A stretch of DNA of 61,553 nucleotides, the filler included, from Nitrospirae bacterium CG2_30_53_67 (GTDB taxonomy: Bacteria > CG2-30-53-67), in the NCBI GenBank assembly GCA_001873285.1. It is 6 parts of 6 records of this genome, joined end to end, with 100 filler letters (N's around TTAATTAATTAA, not from the genome) between each part and the next. Parts side by side here need not be neighbours in the genome. Positions count along the whole stretch, not along the records: positions 1 to 9,331 come from MNYV01000021.1; positions 9,432 to 23,621 come from MNYV01000145.1; 4 more parts are not named here. One strand, given 5' to 3'. A program made the translations under genes and the position numbers. Within the stretch, counting starts at the first letter, position 1, and the number at the start of each line of letters is the position of its first letter. A model generated the notes under the pieces. It made no database searches. It had not been told where the DNA came from and saw only the letters and a program-made list of their open reading frames with translations. Shown here one piece after another: positions 1 through 9,823 of this stretch.

Positions 1-117
1 ATTCGAATTTCAAAATTCAAATATTCTAAACAATTCTGCTCCCCATTATACTGTTTCGAACTTTTAATTTTGGTCATTAGATATTGTTTAGAATTTCGGA
101 TTTCGAATTTAGGATTT
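1..117. repeat. Heptamer-built imperfect inverted repeat (gene-less 'shell'); left arm truncated by window start
   Basis: Arm 53-117 (gtttcgaac...gtcattagatattgtttagaatttcggatttcgaatttaggattt) aligns end to end with 16826-16890; only about 21 nt separate the arms. Confidence 0.75.
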
Positions 118-140
118 ACTGAAAACCTCCTATGGTTATT

Positions 141-1223
141 TTATATTCTTCCCCCAATCACCTTCTCCAGCGCCCCGGCCAGCCTCTGATTTTCCCGGGG
201 CAGACCGATGGTGATCCTGAGATGCCGCTCCCCCATGACCCGCACGATCACCCCTTTACTGAGAAGAGCATCATAGATCTCACGCGAAGGCACGGGCGTC
301 TCCACCCAGATAAAGTTGGCCTGGGTCGGCGTGTAGGGAAGCCCCATGCGCTCAAATGCCTCATAGAGGAACGCCTTGCCTTCCCTGTTGACTTCAAGAC
401 TTTCCCGGACATGGGCCTCGTCCCCAATGGCCGAGAGGGCTGCGGCCTGGGCCAGGGTATTGGTATTGAAGGGCTCCCGCACACGGTTCATCGCCTCGAT
501 GATCTTCGGGTCCGCCATGCCGTAGCCGATCCTGAGGCCGGCGAGCCCATAGATCTTGGAAAAGGTCCGAAGGACGATCACATCCTTTCCTGCCTTGAGA
601 TACTCAAGACCGTCCGGCGATTCCGGATCTTCCACATATTCAAAATAGGCCTCGTCCATGACCACCAGGACCGAAGACGACAGCCTCTCCATGAATGCCT
701 CGAAGCTCTTCCTGTGAATGACCGTTCCTGTCGGGTTGTTCGGATTCGCGATGAAGACACAGAGGGTCTCTCCGTCCACCAGATCGGCCATGGCATCCAG
801 ATCATACGTCTCTTTATTCATGGCCGCGGCCCGGCACTCCCCTCCTACAGCCTGCATGGCCATGGGGTAAACCACGAAGGTCCTCTCCGAGGTCACGGCA
901 TTCATGCCGGGTCGAAAGAACGTCCTCACAATGAGATCCAGGATCTGATTGGAGCCGTTACCGAGGATGATCTGCTCAGGAGAAAGGCCGTGCCGTTCGG
1001 CAAGCGCCTCTTTCAGATAGTAGCCGTTTCCGTCGGGGTAGCGGTGAATGCCCGCCAGCGCCCCCTGAACGGCCTCCAAGGCACGCGGGGACGGTCCCAG
1101 CGGATTCTCATTGGATGCCAGTTTGATGGAATTTCTGAGCCTGAATTCCCGCTCCAACTCTTCTATGGGCTTGCCTGGGACATAAGGGATCAGGCGGCGT
1201 ATATGCTCCGGGACCTGGATCAT
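141..1223 (-). CDS. hisC: Histidinol-phosphate aminotransferase
   Basis: KLASNENPLG, NPNNPTG, DEAY and RTFSKIYGLAGLRIGY PLP motifs; follows pheA. Confidence 0.95.
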   Translation of the reverse strand: MIQVPEHIRRLIPYVPGKPIEELEREFRLRNSIKLASNENPLGPSPRALEAVQGALAGIHRYPDGNGYYLKEALAERHGLSPEQIILGNGSNQILDLIVRTFFRPGMNAVTSERTFVVYPMAMQAVGGECRAAAMNKETYDLDAMADLVDGETLCVFIANPNNPTGTVIHRKSFEAFMERLSSSVLVVMDEAYFEYVEDPESPDGLEYLKAGKDVIVLRTFSKIYGLAGLRIGYGMADPKIIEAMNRVREPFNTNTLAQAAALSAIGDEAHVRESLEVNREGKAFLYEAFERMGLPYTPTQANFIWVETPVPSREIYDALLSKGVIVRVMGERHLRITIGLPRENQRLAGALEKVIGGRI

Positions 1224-1238
1224 GCCAGGGGCCTCCTT

Positions 1239-2309
1239 TCACTTCCGGGCCCTTGGGTAAGAACCGAGAACCTTGAGGAAGAAACATTGATCCTGAAGCG
1301 ACTGAAGGGCTTCCTTGACCGAGGGGTCTTTTAGATGACCTTCCATATCCACGTAAAAAACATATTCCCAGGCCTTTTTTTTGGTCGGACGGGATTCGAT
1401 CTTGGTCAGGTTGATCCCATGATCCGCGAAGGGTTGAAGCACGTTGAACAGGGCCCCCGGCCGGTTCTTGAAGGAGAAGAGAATGGAGGTCTTGTCGTAC
1501 CCTGTACGGGGGGCCATCTCCCTGGATAGGGATAAAAAGCGCGTATAGTTCTGCGCGTTGTCCTCAATCCGCTGCTGGATGGTCTTCAAGCCATAGACCT
1601 TGACCGCCGCCTCGCTGGCGATGGCCGCAGAATCCGGGTCTTCCGAGGCCAACTGGGCGGCCCGAGCCGTACTTTCCACATCAATCACCGGAATATGGGA
1701 GAGATGCTTCCGGATCCAATTCCTGCACTGGGCCGTGGGCTGCGGAAAGGAGTAAACCTTGCGCACCCTCGCCATCTCGCCGGAAATGCTCATCAGGTGA
1801 AGCGAGATCTCAAGAAGCATCTCAGACGTGATCTTGAGGTCGGACTCCAGAAACATGTCGAGGGTGTAGCTGACCCCGCCCTCCGTGGAATTCTCGATCG
1901 GGACCACACCGTAGTGCACATGCCCCCGCTCCACGGCATCGAAGACCTCGCTGATACTCTTGACCGGGACATGCCGGGCCGAATTCCCGTAAATCCGCAT
2001 GCAAGCCAGATGGGAAAAGGTCGCCTCCGGTCCCAGATAGGCCACCTTGACCGGCTCTTCCAGCGCCAGTGACGCCGACATGATCTCGCGATAGACCGAA
2101 AGGAGGGCCTCATTGGGGAAGGGCCCCTTGTTCTTTTTCCCCAGCCGTTCCAGGACTTCGAGCTCCCGGGAAGGCGCATGAACGGTTTGATTCTCCTTCA
2201 TTTTGATCTTGCCGATCTCGATGGCCAGTTCCGCCCTCTGATTCAGCGCATCAAGAATCTTTTCGTCCAGGGCATCAATTTCCCTGCGCAGATCGTCTAA
2301 CCGGCCCAT
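1239..2309 (-). CDS. pheA: Chorismate mutase/prephenate dehydratase (P-protein)
   Basis: N-terminal CM (LRREIDALD), PIENSTEG, NYTRF, ACT domain with LTKIESRP. Confidence 0.96.
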   Translation of the reverse strand: MGRLDDLRREIDALDEKILDALNQRAELAIEIGKIKMKENQTVHAPSRELEVLERLGKKNKGPFPNEALLSVYREIMSASLALEEPVKVAYLGPEATFSHLACMRIYGNSARHVPVKSISEVFDAVERGHVHYGVVPIENSTEGGVSYTLDMFLESDLKITSEMLLEISLHLMSISGEMARVRKVYSFPQPTAQCRNWIRKHLSHIPVIDVESTARAAQLASEDPDSAAIASEAAVKVYGLKTIQQRIEDNAQNYTRFLSLSREMAPRTGYDKTSILFSFKNRPGALFNVLQPFADHGINLTKIESRPTKKKAWEYVFYVDMEGHLKDPSVKEALQSLQDQCFFLKVLGSYPRARK

Positions 2310-2513
2310 GTCCCCACCTCATCTTCCCTCTCGGAACTCCCCCGAACAGCGGGCGCTGACCGAAAAGTTTATACATTTTAACCAATTATGGAGCCTGAAT
2401 CAATGAATAATTTCACCAAATCGTGGGTTTCCTGTCCGGGCAGGGGGTGCAGAGAACTTTTTTATGCCGTATCTATTCTTCGGACTGCCGCTCACTTTGC
2501 ATTTTCAACACCA

Positions 2514-2960
2514 TCACTTTTCTTCCGGCGGACGGACCGTGAGAACCGGGCAGGGAGCGCTTCGAACCAGTTTCTCGGTGGTGCTCCCGAGAAGGAACCG
2601 GGAGACCCCTTTGCGGCCGTGGGTGCCGATGACGATCAGGTCGATCCCCTCTTCCTTCACCACCGTGAGGATCTCGTTGATCACGTCCCCGACCTTCAGG
2701 ATCTTTCTGACTTTGATCTCGCGGCCCTGAATTTCTGCGGCCTGTTTATCCAGCGCCTTGCTCATCTGCTCCCGGATCACCTCTTCGATCCGGACGGGGG
2801 AATGAAACTCGCTGTAGACATCATACATGTCGAAACGCACGTCCACCACCGAAACCAAAACCAGATCGGCCTTCAAGGCGGCACAGAGATCAACCGCATA
2901 CTCTACGGCATACCGGGAATAAGCGGAGCCGTCCGTAGGAATTAAAATGGTTTTAATCAT
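2514..2960 (-). CDS. Universal stress protein
   Basis: ILIPTDGS start and GTHGRKGVSRFLLGSTTEKLVRSAPCPVLTV; start moved to the ATG with GAGG RBS. Confidence 0.92.
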   Translation of the reverse strand: MIKTILIPTDGSAYSRYAVEYAVDLCAALKADLVLVSVVDVRFDMYDVYSEFHSPVRIEEVIREQMSKALDKQAAEIQGREIKVRKILKVGDVINEILTVVKEEGIDLIVIGTHGRKGVSRFLLGSTTEKLVRSAPCPVLTVRPPEEK

Positions 2961-2976
2961 AGAGACCTCCTCTCTT

Positions 2977-3516
2977 TTATGTTGAGGCGCAGTCACGCTG
3001 ATCCCCCCGGATTTTGTCTATTGCGTGCGGCAGGGCCGGAAGGAGCACGGTCAGGTTTTCCCGGGCGCCTCGGGGACTTCCCGGGAGGTTGATAATCAGA
3101 GTCTGCTTCCTGATACCGCAGACGGCGCGTGAGATCATGGCTCGTGAGGTCTTCTTTAAAGACGCGGCCCGCATGGCCTCGGCCATGCCGGGGACCTCCC
3201 GGTCGATGACGCGCAGCGTGGCATCGGGAGTCACATCCCTAAGAGAGACGCCGGTGCCTCCCGTGGTCAGGATCACATCCACGTCTCCACGGTCCGAGAG
3301 TTCGCAAAGGAGCGCTTCAATGAGAACCGCTTCGTCCGGAAGGAGCTTGTAGAAAATCACCTCTCCGGGAAGGTCACGGACCATCTCCTGAAGAAGCCTC
3401 CCGCTCTCATCATCGCGGATCCCTTGGGCGCCCTTGTCGCTCAGGGTCAGAACCGCCACTCGGTAGGACCTCTCCGAACCGGCAGGGACGTTCTGAGAAT
3501 GATCACGGCTCAACAT
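2977..3516 (-). CDS. mogA: Molybdopterin adenylyltransferase (MogA/MoaB family)
   Basis: TTGGTGVSLRDVTPDAT and NLPGSP motifs; start approximate. Confidence 0.88.
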   Translation of the reverse strand: MLSRDHSQNVPAGSERSYRVAVLTLSDKGAQGIRDDESGRLLQEMVRDLPGEVIFYKLLPDEAVLIEALLCELSDRGDVDVILTTGGTGVSLRDVTPDATLRVIDREVPGMAEAMRAASLKKTSRAMISRAVCGIRKQTLIINLPGSPRGARENLTVLLPALPHAIDKIRGDQRDCAST

Positions 3517-3967
3517 AGGGCCCCTCTCCCGATGGGACGAGAATCGGATCGCCGGGCTTGACCTCGCCTCCGGAGAGGACCCGGACAAAGATCCCTTCCC
3601 TCGGCATGACGCAATCCCCGGCCTGCCGGTAGATCTCGCAACGGTCATGGCATACCTTTCCGATCTGCGTAACCTCCACCTCGACCTGATCCCCGATGCG
3701 GAGCCTGGTCCCGATGGGCAGCGAAACCAGATTGATATTCTCGGTGGTCAGGTTCTCGGCAAAATCGCCGGGCCCCACTTCGATCCCCAGCGCCTGCATC
3801 TTCCGGATACTTTCGATAGCGAGCAGGGAGACCTGGCGGTGCCACTTCCCGGCATGCGCATCCGATTCGATCCCATGGCCCGCCGAGATCATGACCGAGG
3901 CCACCGGCTTCTTCCTCTCTCCCTTGTTCCTGCTGATATTGACTGAAATGATTTCGGCCATCCGCAT
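3503..3967 (-). CDS. MOSC domain protein
   Basis: DAHAGKWHRQVSLL, GDFAENLT, TQIGKVCH, CVMPREG. Confidence 0.9.
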   Translation of the reverse strand: MRMAEIISVNISRNKGERKKPVASVMISAGHGIESDAHAGKWHRQVSLLAIESIRKMQALGIEVGPGDFAENLTTENINLVSLPIGTRLRIGDQVEVEVTQIGKVCHDRCEIYRQAGDCVMPREGIFVRVLSGGEVKPGDPILVPSGEGPYVEP

Positions 3968-3972
3968 CCCTT

Positions 3973-4059
3973 CTATGACTTCTCCAATGCCTTGATGTAG
4001 GGAAAAAGCGCCTCTTTGAAGCGGCGCCCGGCGTGGTCCGCCCCCACGGCGATACGCAT
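3973..4059 (-). pseudogene. rpiB: N-terminal fragment of ribose-5-phosphate isomerase B
   Basis: MRIAVGADHAG...K matches the RpiB N-terminus but stops after 28 codons. Confidence 0.65.
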
Positions 4060-4270
4060 AAAATCCCTCTCCATGAAACTACACTGATTTAACCCTACAT
4101 AACCTAATAATGCAAGTAAATTCCCATGTGAATGACTTAAATAGGATGTCCCCAAAGTCATCCCTAATACATTTCCCGATCCGGCTTGACCGCTCGGAGA
4201 TAATTTGTTAAGTTTAAGAACAACATCTAAACCGGAGGGAGTTGCCCACTTGAAGAAGAAAGGATCTTAA

Positions 4271-4465
4271 ATGAAGCCCGTCATTGACCAGGAGACGTGT
4301 ATTGGGTGCGGGGGGTGCGCGGAAATATGCCCGGCGGTCTTTCAGTTGAATGAAGAGATGGAGAAGGCTGAAGTGATCGATGAAGGGGGCTGCGAGATCG
4401 CCGGCTGCTGTGAGGCCGCGGCAGAGAACTGCCCTGTATCGGCGATCAGCCTGATGGATGAATAA
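4271..4465 (+). CDS. Single-cluster ferredoxin
   Basis: CIGCGGC...CPVSAI, 64 aa. Confidence 0.9.
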   Translation: MKPVIDQETCIGCGGCAEICPAVFQLNEEMEKAEVIDEGGCEIAGCCEAAAENCPVSAISLMDE

Positions 4466-4503
4466 ATGGAAGGATAAGGTCTGACGGGGAACAAGGAGAA
4501 CCC

Positions 4504-4785
4504 ATGTCTTTTGAGAATATCTGCCCTGGGGCCAAGAAGATTTTGCAGCCATCCCCGGAGGAGTTCCTTTGCAAAAAGTGCGGGACCAAGGTGGAAATTT
4601 GGACCGATGAAATGAACCAGACATGCCCCAAGTGCGGGAGCCCGGTGAGCCGCACCAAGGAGGCGAGCTGCCTGGACTGGTGTCCGAGCGCGGAACAGTG
4701 CCTGGGTGTGATGAAATACAACAAGCTCCTGCGTGACGGCATGATTAAAAAAAAGGACCCTAAAAACAAAGATCAGAAAAAGTAA
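4504..4785 (+). CDS. Small Cys-rich zinc-ribbon/Fe-S protein
   Basis: CPG, CKKC, CPKC, CLDWCPSAEQC; AAGGAG RBS. Confidence 0.75.
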   Translation: MSFENICPGAKKILQPSPEEFLCKKCGTKVEIWTDEMNQTCPKCGSPVSRTKEASCLDWCPSAEQCLGVMKYNKLLRDGMIKKKDPKNKDQKK

Positions 4786-4878
4786 ATCCATTCATCCGTA
4801 TCCCCTTCCCTTCTGCAGAGGCGTTGCTGATTCAAAAAAAATCCCATCATATTAATATGCCTCATTTTCACGAATGGC

Positions 4879-4895
4879 TGCATAGAAAATAAGCA
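4879..4895 (+). promoter_or_regulatory. Putative NtrC-type enhancer site
   Basis: TGC-N11-GCA (TGCATAGAAAATAAGCA) about 130 bp upstream of the sigma54 promoter, with similar weaker sites on either side. Confidence 0.5.
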
Positions 4896-5024
4896 GGCGC
4901 CTTTTTTTTGAGCGGCTGTCCTCAGTTTATGGCGGCTCACTCTCCCATATCTTTTTCTATGATTCCTCTTGGAAGACAATAAGATAGACAGTGTTGACCG
5001 AGGTGAGCTTTTTCAGGAAAGCAA

Positions 5025-5041
5025 TTGGCATCCTAATTGCT
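5025..5041 (+). promoter_or_regulatory. Sigma54 (-24/-12) promoter of the amt operon
   Basis: TTGGCATCCTAATTGCT, exact GG-N10-GC. Confidence 0.85.
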
Positions 5042-5102
5042 TTAGGTAAATGAGAGGCAGATGAATGAGGGGAGGTTCATTGAAATTATGATGGGAGGAG
5101 GA

Positions 5103-6404
5103 ATGATGAAACATAAGCACAGGAAAGTTTGGCCTTTGATGATTTTTTCAGGGGTTCTGTTTTTGTTCGCTTCAGGTTTGCAGGCCGCAGAAGATGCAGC
5201 GCCGTCAATCAATGCCGCGGACACGGCCTGGATGCTGATCTCCACGGCGCTGGTGCTTCTCATGCTTCCCGGACTTGCCCTTTTTTATGGCGGCATGGTG
5301 CGGAAGAAGAATGTGCTCTCTTCCATGATGCACAGCTTCGTGGCCATGGCCGTGATCGGTGTGCAGTGGGTGGTGATCGGTTATACCCTCTCATTCGGTC
5401 CGGATGTGAATCATTTTATCGGAGGGCTGGATCATCTTTTTTTAAAGGGGATCGGGCCGGAGACCGTTCAGGGGACCATCCCGGCCTATGTCTTCATCAT
5501 GTTCCAGGGGATGTTTGCCATCATCACCCCGGCCCTGATCAGCGGGGCCATTGCCGAGCGGATGAAGTTTTCCACCTATGTGGTCTTTATCTTCCTCTGG
5601 GCGACACTGGTCTATGACCCCATTGCCCACTGGGTCTGGGGGACCGGCGGCTGGCTTTTAAACATGGGCGCACTGGATTATGCCGGTGGGACCGTGGTGC
5701 ACATCTCTTCGGGTATCTCCGCCCTGGCAGCGATTACCCTGCTGGGGAAACGCAAGGGGTATCTGGAGGTCGGTATCTTTCCGCATAACCTGACCCTGAC
5801 CCTTCTGGGCGCGGGGCTTCTCTGGTTCGGCTGGTTCGGGTTCAATGCCGGATCTGCCCTGGCTGCAAACGGAAATGCGGCCCTGGCCTTCACCAATACG
5901 CAGATCGCCGCAGCGGCCGGTTCTTTATCCTGGATGATGTCAGAGTGGGTGATCCAGAAAAGGCCGAGCGCACTGGGCGCCGCTTCGGGGATCGTGGCGG
6001 GTCTGGTAGCCATCACGCCGGCTGCCGGGTTTGTGGAACCCATGTGGGCCCTGGTGATCGGACTGGCAGTCGGTGTGCTCTGTTATTCTGCCATCCTTTT
6101 CAAGGCCAAGGCGGGCTATGACGATTCTCTGGACGCCTTCGGCGTGCACGGCGTGGGCGGGACCTTCGGGGCCCTGGCCACAGGCATATTCGCCACCGTG
6201 AACGGGACCGGACTGATTGCGGGTCATGGAAGACAGGTGATAGTGCAGTTGACTGCGATCGGCGCCACGATCATCTATGCCTTCACCATGACACTGATTC
6301 TGGTCTGGCTGCTGAACAAAATCATGGGACTGCGTGTAACAAGCGATGAAGAGAATACCGGTCTGGACCAGACACAACATGGGGAGATGGGATATCATTT
6401 TTAA
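5103..6404 (+). CDS. amtB: Ammonium transporter
   Basis: FQGMFAIIT, DYAGGTVVH, LWFGWFGFNAGS, DDSLDAFGVHG; start after GGAGGAGG. Confidence 0.96.
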   Translation: MMKHKHRKVWPLMIFSGVLFLFASGLQAAEDAAPSINAADTAWMLISTALVLLMLPGLALFYGGMVRKKNVLSSMMHSFVAMAVIGVQWVVIGYTLSFGPDVNHFIGGLDHLFLKGIGPETVQGTIPAYVFIMFQGMFAIITPALISGAIAERMKFSTYVVFIFLWATLVYDPIAHWVWGTGGWLLNMGALDYAGGTVVHISSGISALAAITLLGKRKGYLEVGIFPHNLTLTLLGAGLLWFGWFGFNAGSALAANGNAALAFTNTQIAAAAGSLSWMMSEWVIQKRPSALGAASGIVAGLVAITPAAGFVEPMWALVIGLAVGVLCYSAILFKAKAGYDDSLDAFGVHGVGGTFGALATGIFATVNGTGLIAGHGRQVIVQLTAIGATIIYAFTMTLILVWLLNKIMGLRVTSDEENTGLDQTQHGEMGYHF

Positions 6405-6430
6405 TCGGGAGAAATGGGATTATACCTTAA

Positions 6431-6787
<357 letters not shown>

Positions 6788-6826
6788 AATGGAACAGGGA
6801 CCTAACTTATCAAGGAGGAGAATGGC

Positions 6827-8197
6827 ATGTTTACTTTAATGAGGCAAAAAGCCTCTGAGATCCGTTTGAGAAGTTTTTTTCTGCTGGTATGTATCCTGGC
6901 CCTGGTCGGGCCGGTCTCGGTCTTTGCCGAAGAGGCGGCTCCCACCGTGGCCGGGAATGCCGAGGCTATTGCCAAGGTACAGAGTCATTTAGACTTTGTC
7001 TGGACGCTGGTAGCGGCCTTTCTGGTCTTCTTCATGCAGGCGGGTTTTGCCATGGTGGAGACTGGGTTCACGCGCGCCAAGAATGCCGTGAACATCATGA
7101 TGAAGAACCTGATGGATTTTGCCATGGGGAGCCTGGCGTACTGGGCCGTAGGATTCGGGATCATGTTCGGTGTCACGAGCACCGGATGGTTCGGAACCAC
7201 CGGTTTTTTTCTTTCGGACTTTACAAAGGACGGGGATCAATGGACCCTGGCCTTCTGGATGTTCCAGGTGGTCTTTGCCGCCACGTCAGCCACCATCGTT
7301 TCCGGGGCCATGGCCGAACGGACCAAGTTCGTGGGTTATCTGGTCTACAGTGCCGTGATTTCCGCATTCATTTATCCGGTATTCGGGAGCTGGGCCTGGG
7401 GCGGCCTGTTCCATGGCGGAGGGTGGCTTGAGAAGCTCGGCTTTATCGATTTCGCGGGGTCCACGGTGGTGCATTCCGTGGGGGGCTGGTCGGCCCTGGC
7501 CGGGGCGATTGTTTTGGGACCGAGAATCGGAAAGTACACGGCCGACGGCAAGGCCAGGGCGATTCCCGGGCACAACATTCCTCTGGCAACCTTGGGGGTA
7601 TTCATCCTCTGGTTCGGCTGGTTCGGGTTCAACCCGGGGAGCACCACCGCGGCCAACAAAGATATTGCCGGCATTGCCGTGAACACGAACCTGGCGGCCG
7701 CTGCCGGTGCGGTGTCCGCCATGATTACGGCCTGGGTCATGTACGGCAAGCCCGAGGCAAGCATGACCCTGAATGGGGCCCTGGCCGGTCTGGTGGCCAT
7801 TACTGCCGGCTGCGCCAACGTTTCGGTGACGAGTTCCGTGATCATCGGTCTCATCGCCGGGATCCTCGTGGTTCTCTCCGTGGTCTTTATTGATAAGAAG
7901 TTGAAGGTTGATGATCCGGTGGGCGCAGTCTCCGTGCACGGGGTCTGCGGGGCTTTTGGAACATTGGCCGCGGGGCTGTTCAACGCGGAAGGATTCTCCG
8001 CAAAGGTTGTGGGGGTCCAGCTGCTCGGGATAGGGGCGGCGTTTCTGTGGGTCTTTCCGCTTATGTACATTCTGTTCAAGGTAATCGAAAAGACCATCGG
8101 GCTTCGCGTTTCAGCCGAGGAGGAAAAGGACGGTTTGGATGTGGGCGAGCACGGCCTGGAGGCCTACCCGGACTTTACCCTGACTGGAATGAAATAG
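6827..8197 (+). CDS. amt: Second ammonium transporter (different Amt subfamily)
   Basis: FFMQAGFAMVETG, DFAGSTVVH, WFGWFGFNPGS, DDPVGAVSVHG. Confidence 0.95.
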   Translation: MFTLMRQKASEIRLRSFFLLVCILALVGPVSVFAEEAAPTVAGNAEAIAKVQSHLDFVWTLVAAFLVFFMQAGFAMVETGFTRAKNAVNIMMKNLMDFAMGSLAYWAVGFGIMFGVTSTGWFGTTGFFLSDFTKDGDQWTLAFWMFQVVFAATSATIVSGAMAERTKFVGYLVYSAVISAFIYPVFGSWAWGGLFHGGGWLEKLGFIDFAGSTVVHSVGGWSALAGAIVLGPRIGKYTADGKARAIPGHNIPLATLGVFILWFGWFGFNPGSTTAANKDIAGIAVNTNLAAAAGAVSAMITAWVMYGKPEASMTLNGALAGLVAITAGCANVSVTSSVIIGLIAGILVVLSVVFIDKKLKVDDPVGAVSVHGVCGAFGTLAAGLFNAEGFSAKVVGVQLLGIGAAFLWVFPLMYILFKVIEKTIGLRVSAEEEKDGLDVGEHGLEAYPDFTLTGMK

Positions 8198-8226
8198 TAC
8201 AAGCGGATTTCGGGGATAAAAGGGAT

Positions 8227-8261
8227 CTCCCCCTTTGAAAAAGGGGGAGCAAGGGGGATTT
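8227..8261. repeat. Short intergenic palindromic repeat
   Basis: ctccccctttgaaaaagggggag hairpin; related motifs at 45352-45430. Confidence 0.55.
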
Positions 8262-8286
8262 AAACCAACAAACGGGAGGATTGGGC

Positions 8287-9331
8287 ATGAAGATGAGCAA
8301 AATTGCAACACATGTCGTGATGGTGATGGTTCTTGTACTCTTCGGTAGAAGCGGTTTCGCGGAAGACAAGACCCTGGAGGAGCGGGTGGCCACCCTGGAA
8401 AAGCAGGGTACGGCGGGAATGGAATTTCTTAAGGGGATCAGCTTAAGCGGTTTTGTGGATACCTCATACACGTACAATTTCAACCGGCCGGACTCGGGCA
8501 TAAACACGCTTCGGGTTTTTGATACCGAAGACAACAGTTTTGAAGTGGACCTGGTGAAGCTGGTGTTTGAGAAGAAAAGCGAAGAGGGTGTCGGTTTCCG
8601 CACGGACCTGGATTTCGGCCACACGGCCCAGATTCTGGGCGGCGCCAACGATGACGACTTTGAGTTTCAGCAGGCCTACCTCACCTACAAGGCCATAGGG
8701 GTCGACTGGATGGTCGGGAAGTTTGTGACGCTCCACGGCGCCGAGGTCATTGAAGCGCCCAGCAACCACAACATCTCCCGGTCTTTTCTGTTCGGGTATG
8801 CCATCCCCTTCACCCATACAGGGATCATGGGGACCAAGCCGATCGGGGATACCATCGACATCAAGTTTGGTCTGGTGAACGGATGGGACAACACCACGGA
8901 CAACAACCGGGCCAAGACCGGCCATCTGGGCATCGGGTATCATCCATCGGATCTCTTTGCCATTACCGTGAACGGGATGTACGGCGCGGAAAAGGATGAC
9001 GACACCGCAGATAAGCGGAAACTCATGGACGTGGTGGCCACGATCAAGCCGATCAAGAATCTCACCCTTCTCCTGAACTACGATCTGGGCTCGGAGGATA
9101 AGAGCGCACCCGGCGGCAAGGATGCCAAGTGGAGCGGGTTCTCCGGGGTCGTGCGTTACGATCTGACCGACCGTCTGGGCGTCAGTCTGAGAGGAGAGGC
9201 CTTCAATGACCGGGACGGCGTCCGCACCGGGACCGATCAGGACCTCTGGGAGAGCACGTGCACGGTCAGTTATATGCTGCGAGAGAACCTCATCGTGCGA
9301 GGGGAGTACAGGCACGATGATTCCAATGAAG
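8287..9331 (+). CDS. Outer-membrane beta-barrel porin (BBP2-like), 3' truncated by contig end
   Basis: Signal peptide, SGFVDTSYTYNFNRP, GKFVT.HGAEVIE, SRSFLFGYAIPFTHTG. Confidence 0.8.
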
Positions 9332-9431
9332 NNNNNNNNNNNNNNNNNNNNNNNNNNNNNNNNNNNNNNNNNNNNTTAATTAATTAANNNNNNNNNNNNN
9401 NNNNNNNNNNNNNNNNNNNNNNNNNNNNNNN
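9332..9431. other. Artificial contig spacer
   Basis: N-run + TTAATTAATTAA + N-run (stops in all six frames). Confidence 0.99.
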
Positions 9432-9455
9432 AGGCTCTGTGAATGACCATGTGAA

Positions 9456-9608
9456 GAGCCGTGTGCGTAAATAGCGCACGCACGGTTCTGTGAGGGGCCG
9501 GGGTCAACGGATGTATGGTTGAGATCTTGTGGCACCGCCGGGAAACCAGGCGGAAACAGAGAAGACAAACATCAACCTACAGCATCTGGAGTAACCGGTC
9601 TACTCGAC
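9456..9608 (+). mobile_element. 3' end of a group II intron (domains V and VI)
   Basis: DV GAGCCGTGTGCGTAAATAGCGCACGCACGGTTC (AGC triad, AC bulge), then TGTGAGGGG, a long DVI and terminal CTACTCGAC. Confidence 0.85.
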
Positions 9609-9648
9609 CACTACACAAAGTGCAATGTGTAGGTCTGACCCCAAAGCC

Positions 9649-9732
9649 ACATTGAGAGTTACACCCGCTATGGAAGCGGGATTGACTGACCACGTATGGA
9701 AATGGGATGAAATTTTAAATTAGGACACTACC
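9649..9732 (+). mobile_element. IS1-family-like transposase C-terminal remnant with right end
   Basis: Translates TLRVTPAMEAGLTDHVWKWDEILN*, followed by GACACTACC (reverse complement GGTAGTGTC). Confidence 0.65.
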
Positions 9733-9823
9733 CATTTCTTGGTAATGGGGTATTTTGGAATAATTTGGTATAGTTTGGGTTAAATGTAATTAATATTTAA
9801 ATAGTAGACTTTGGATTTATTTT

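Noticed and set aside
132..1334. 400-aa plus-strand ORF
   Set aside because: Antisense shadow of hisC/pheA with no motifs.
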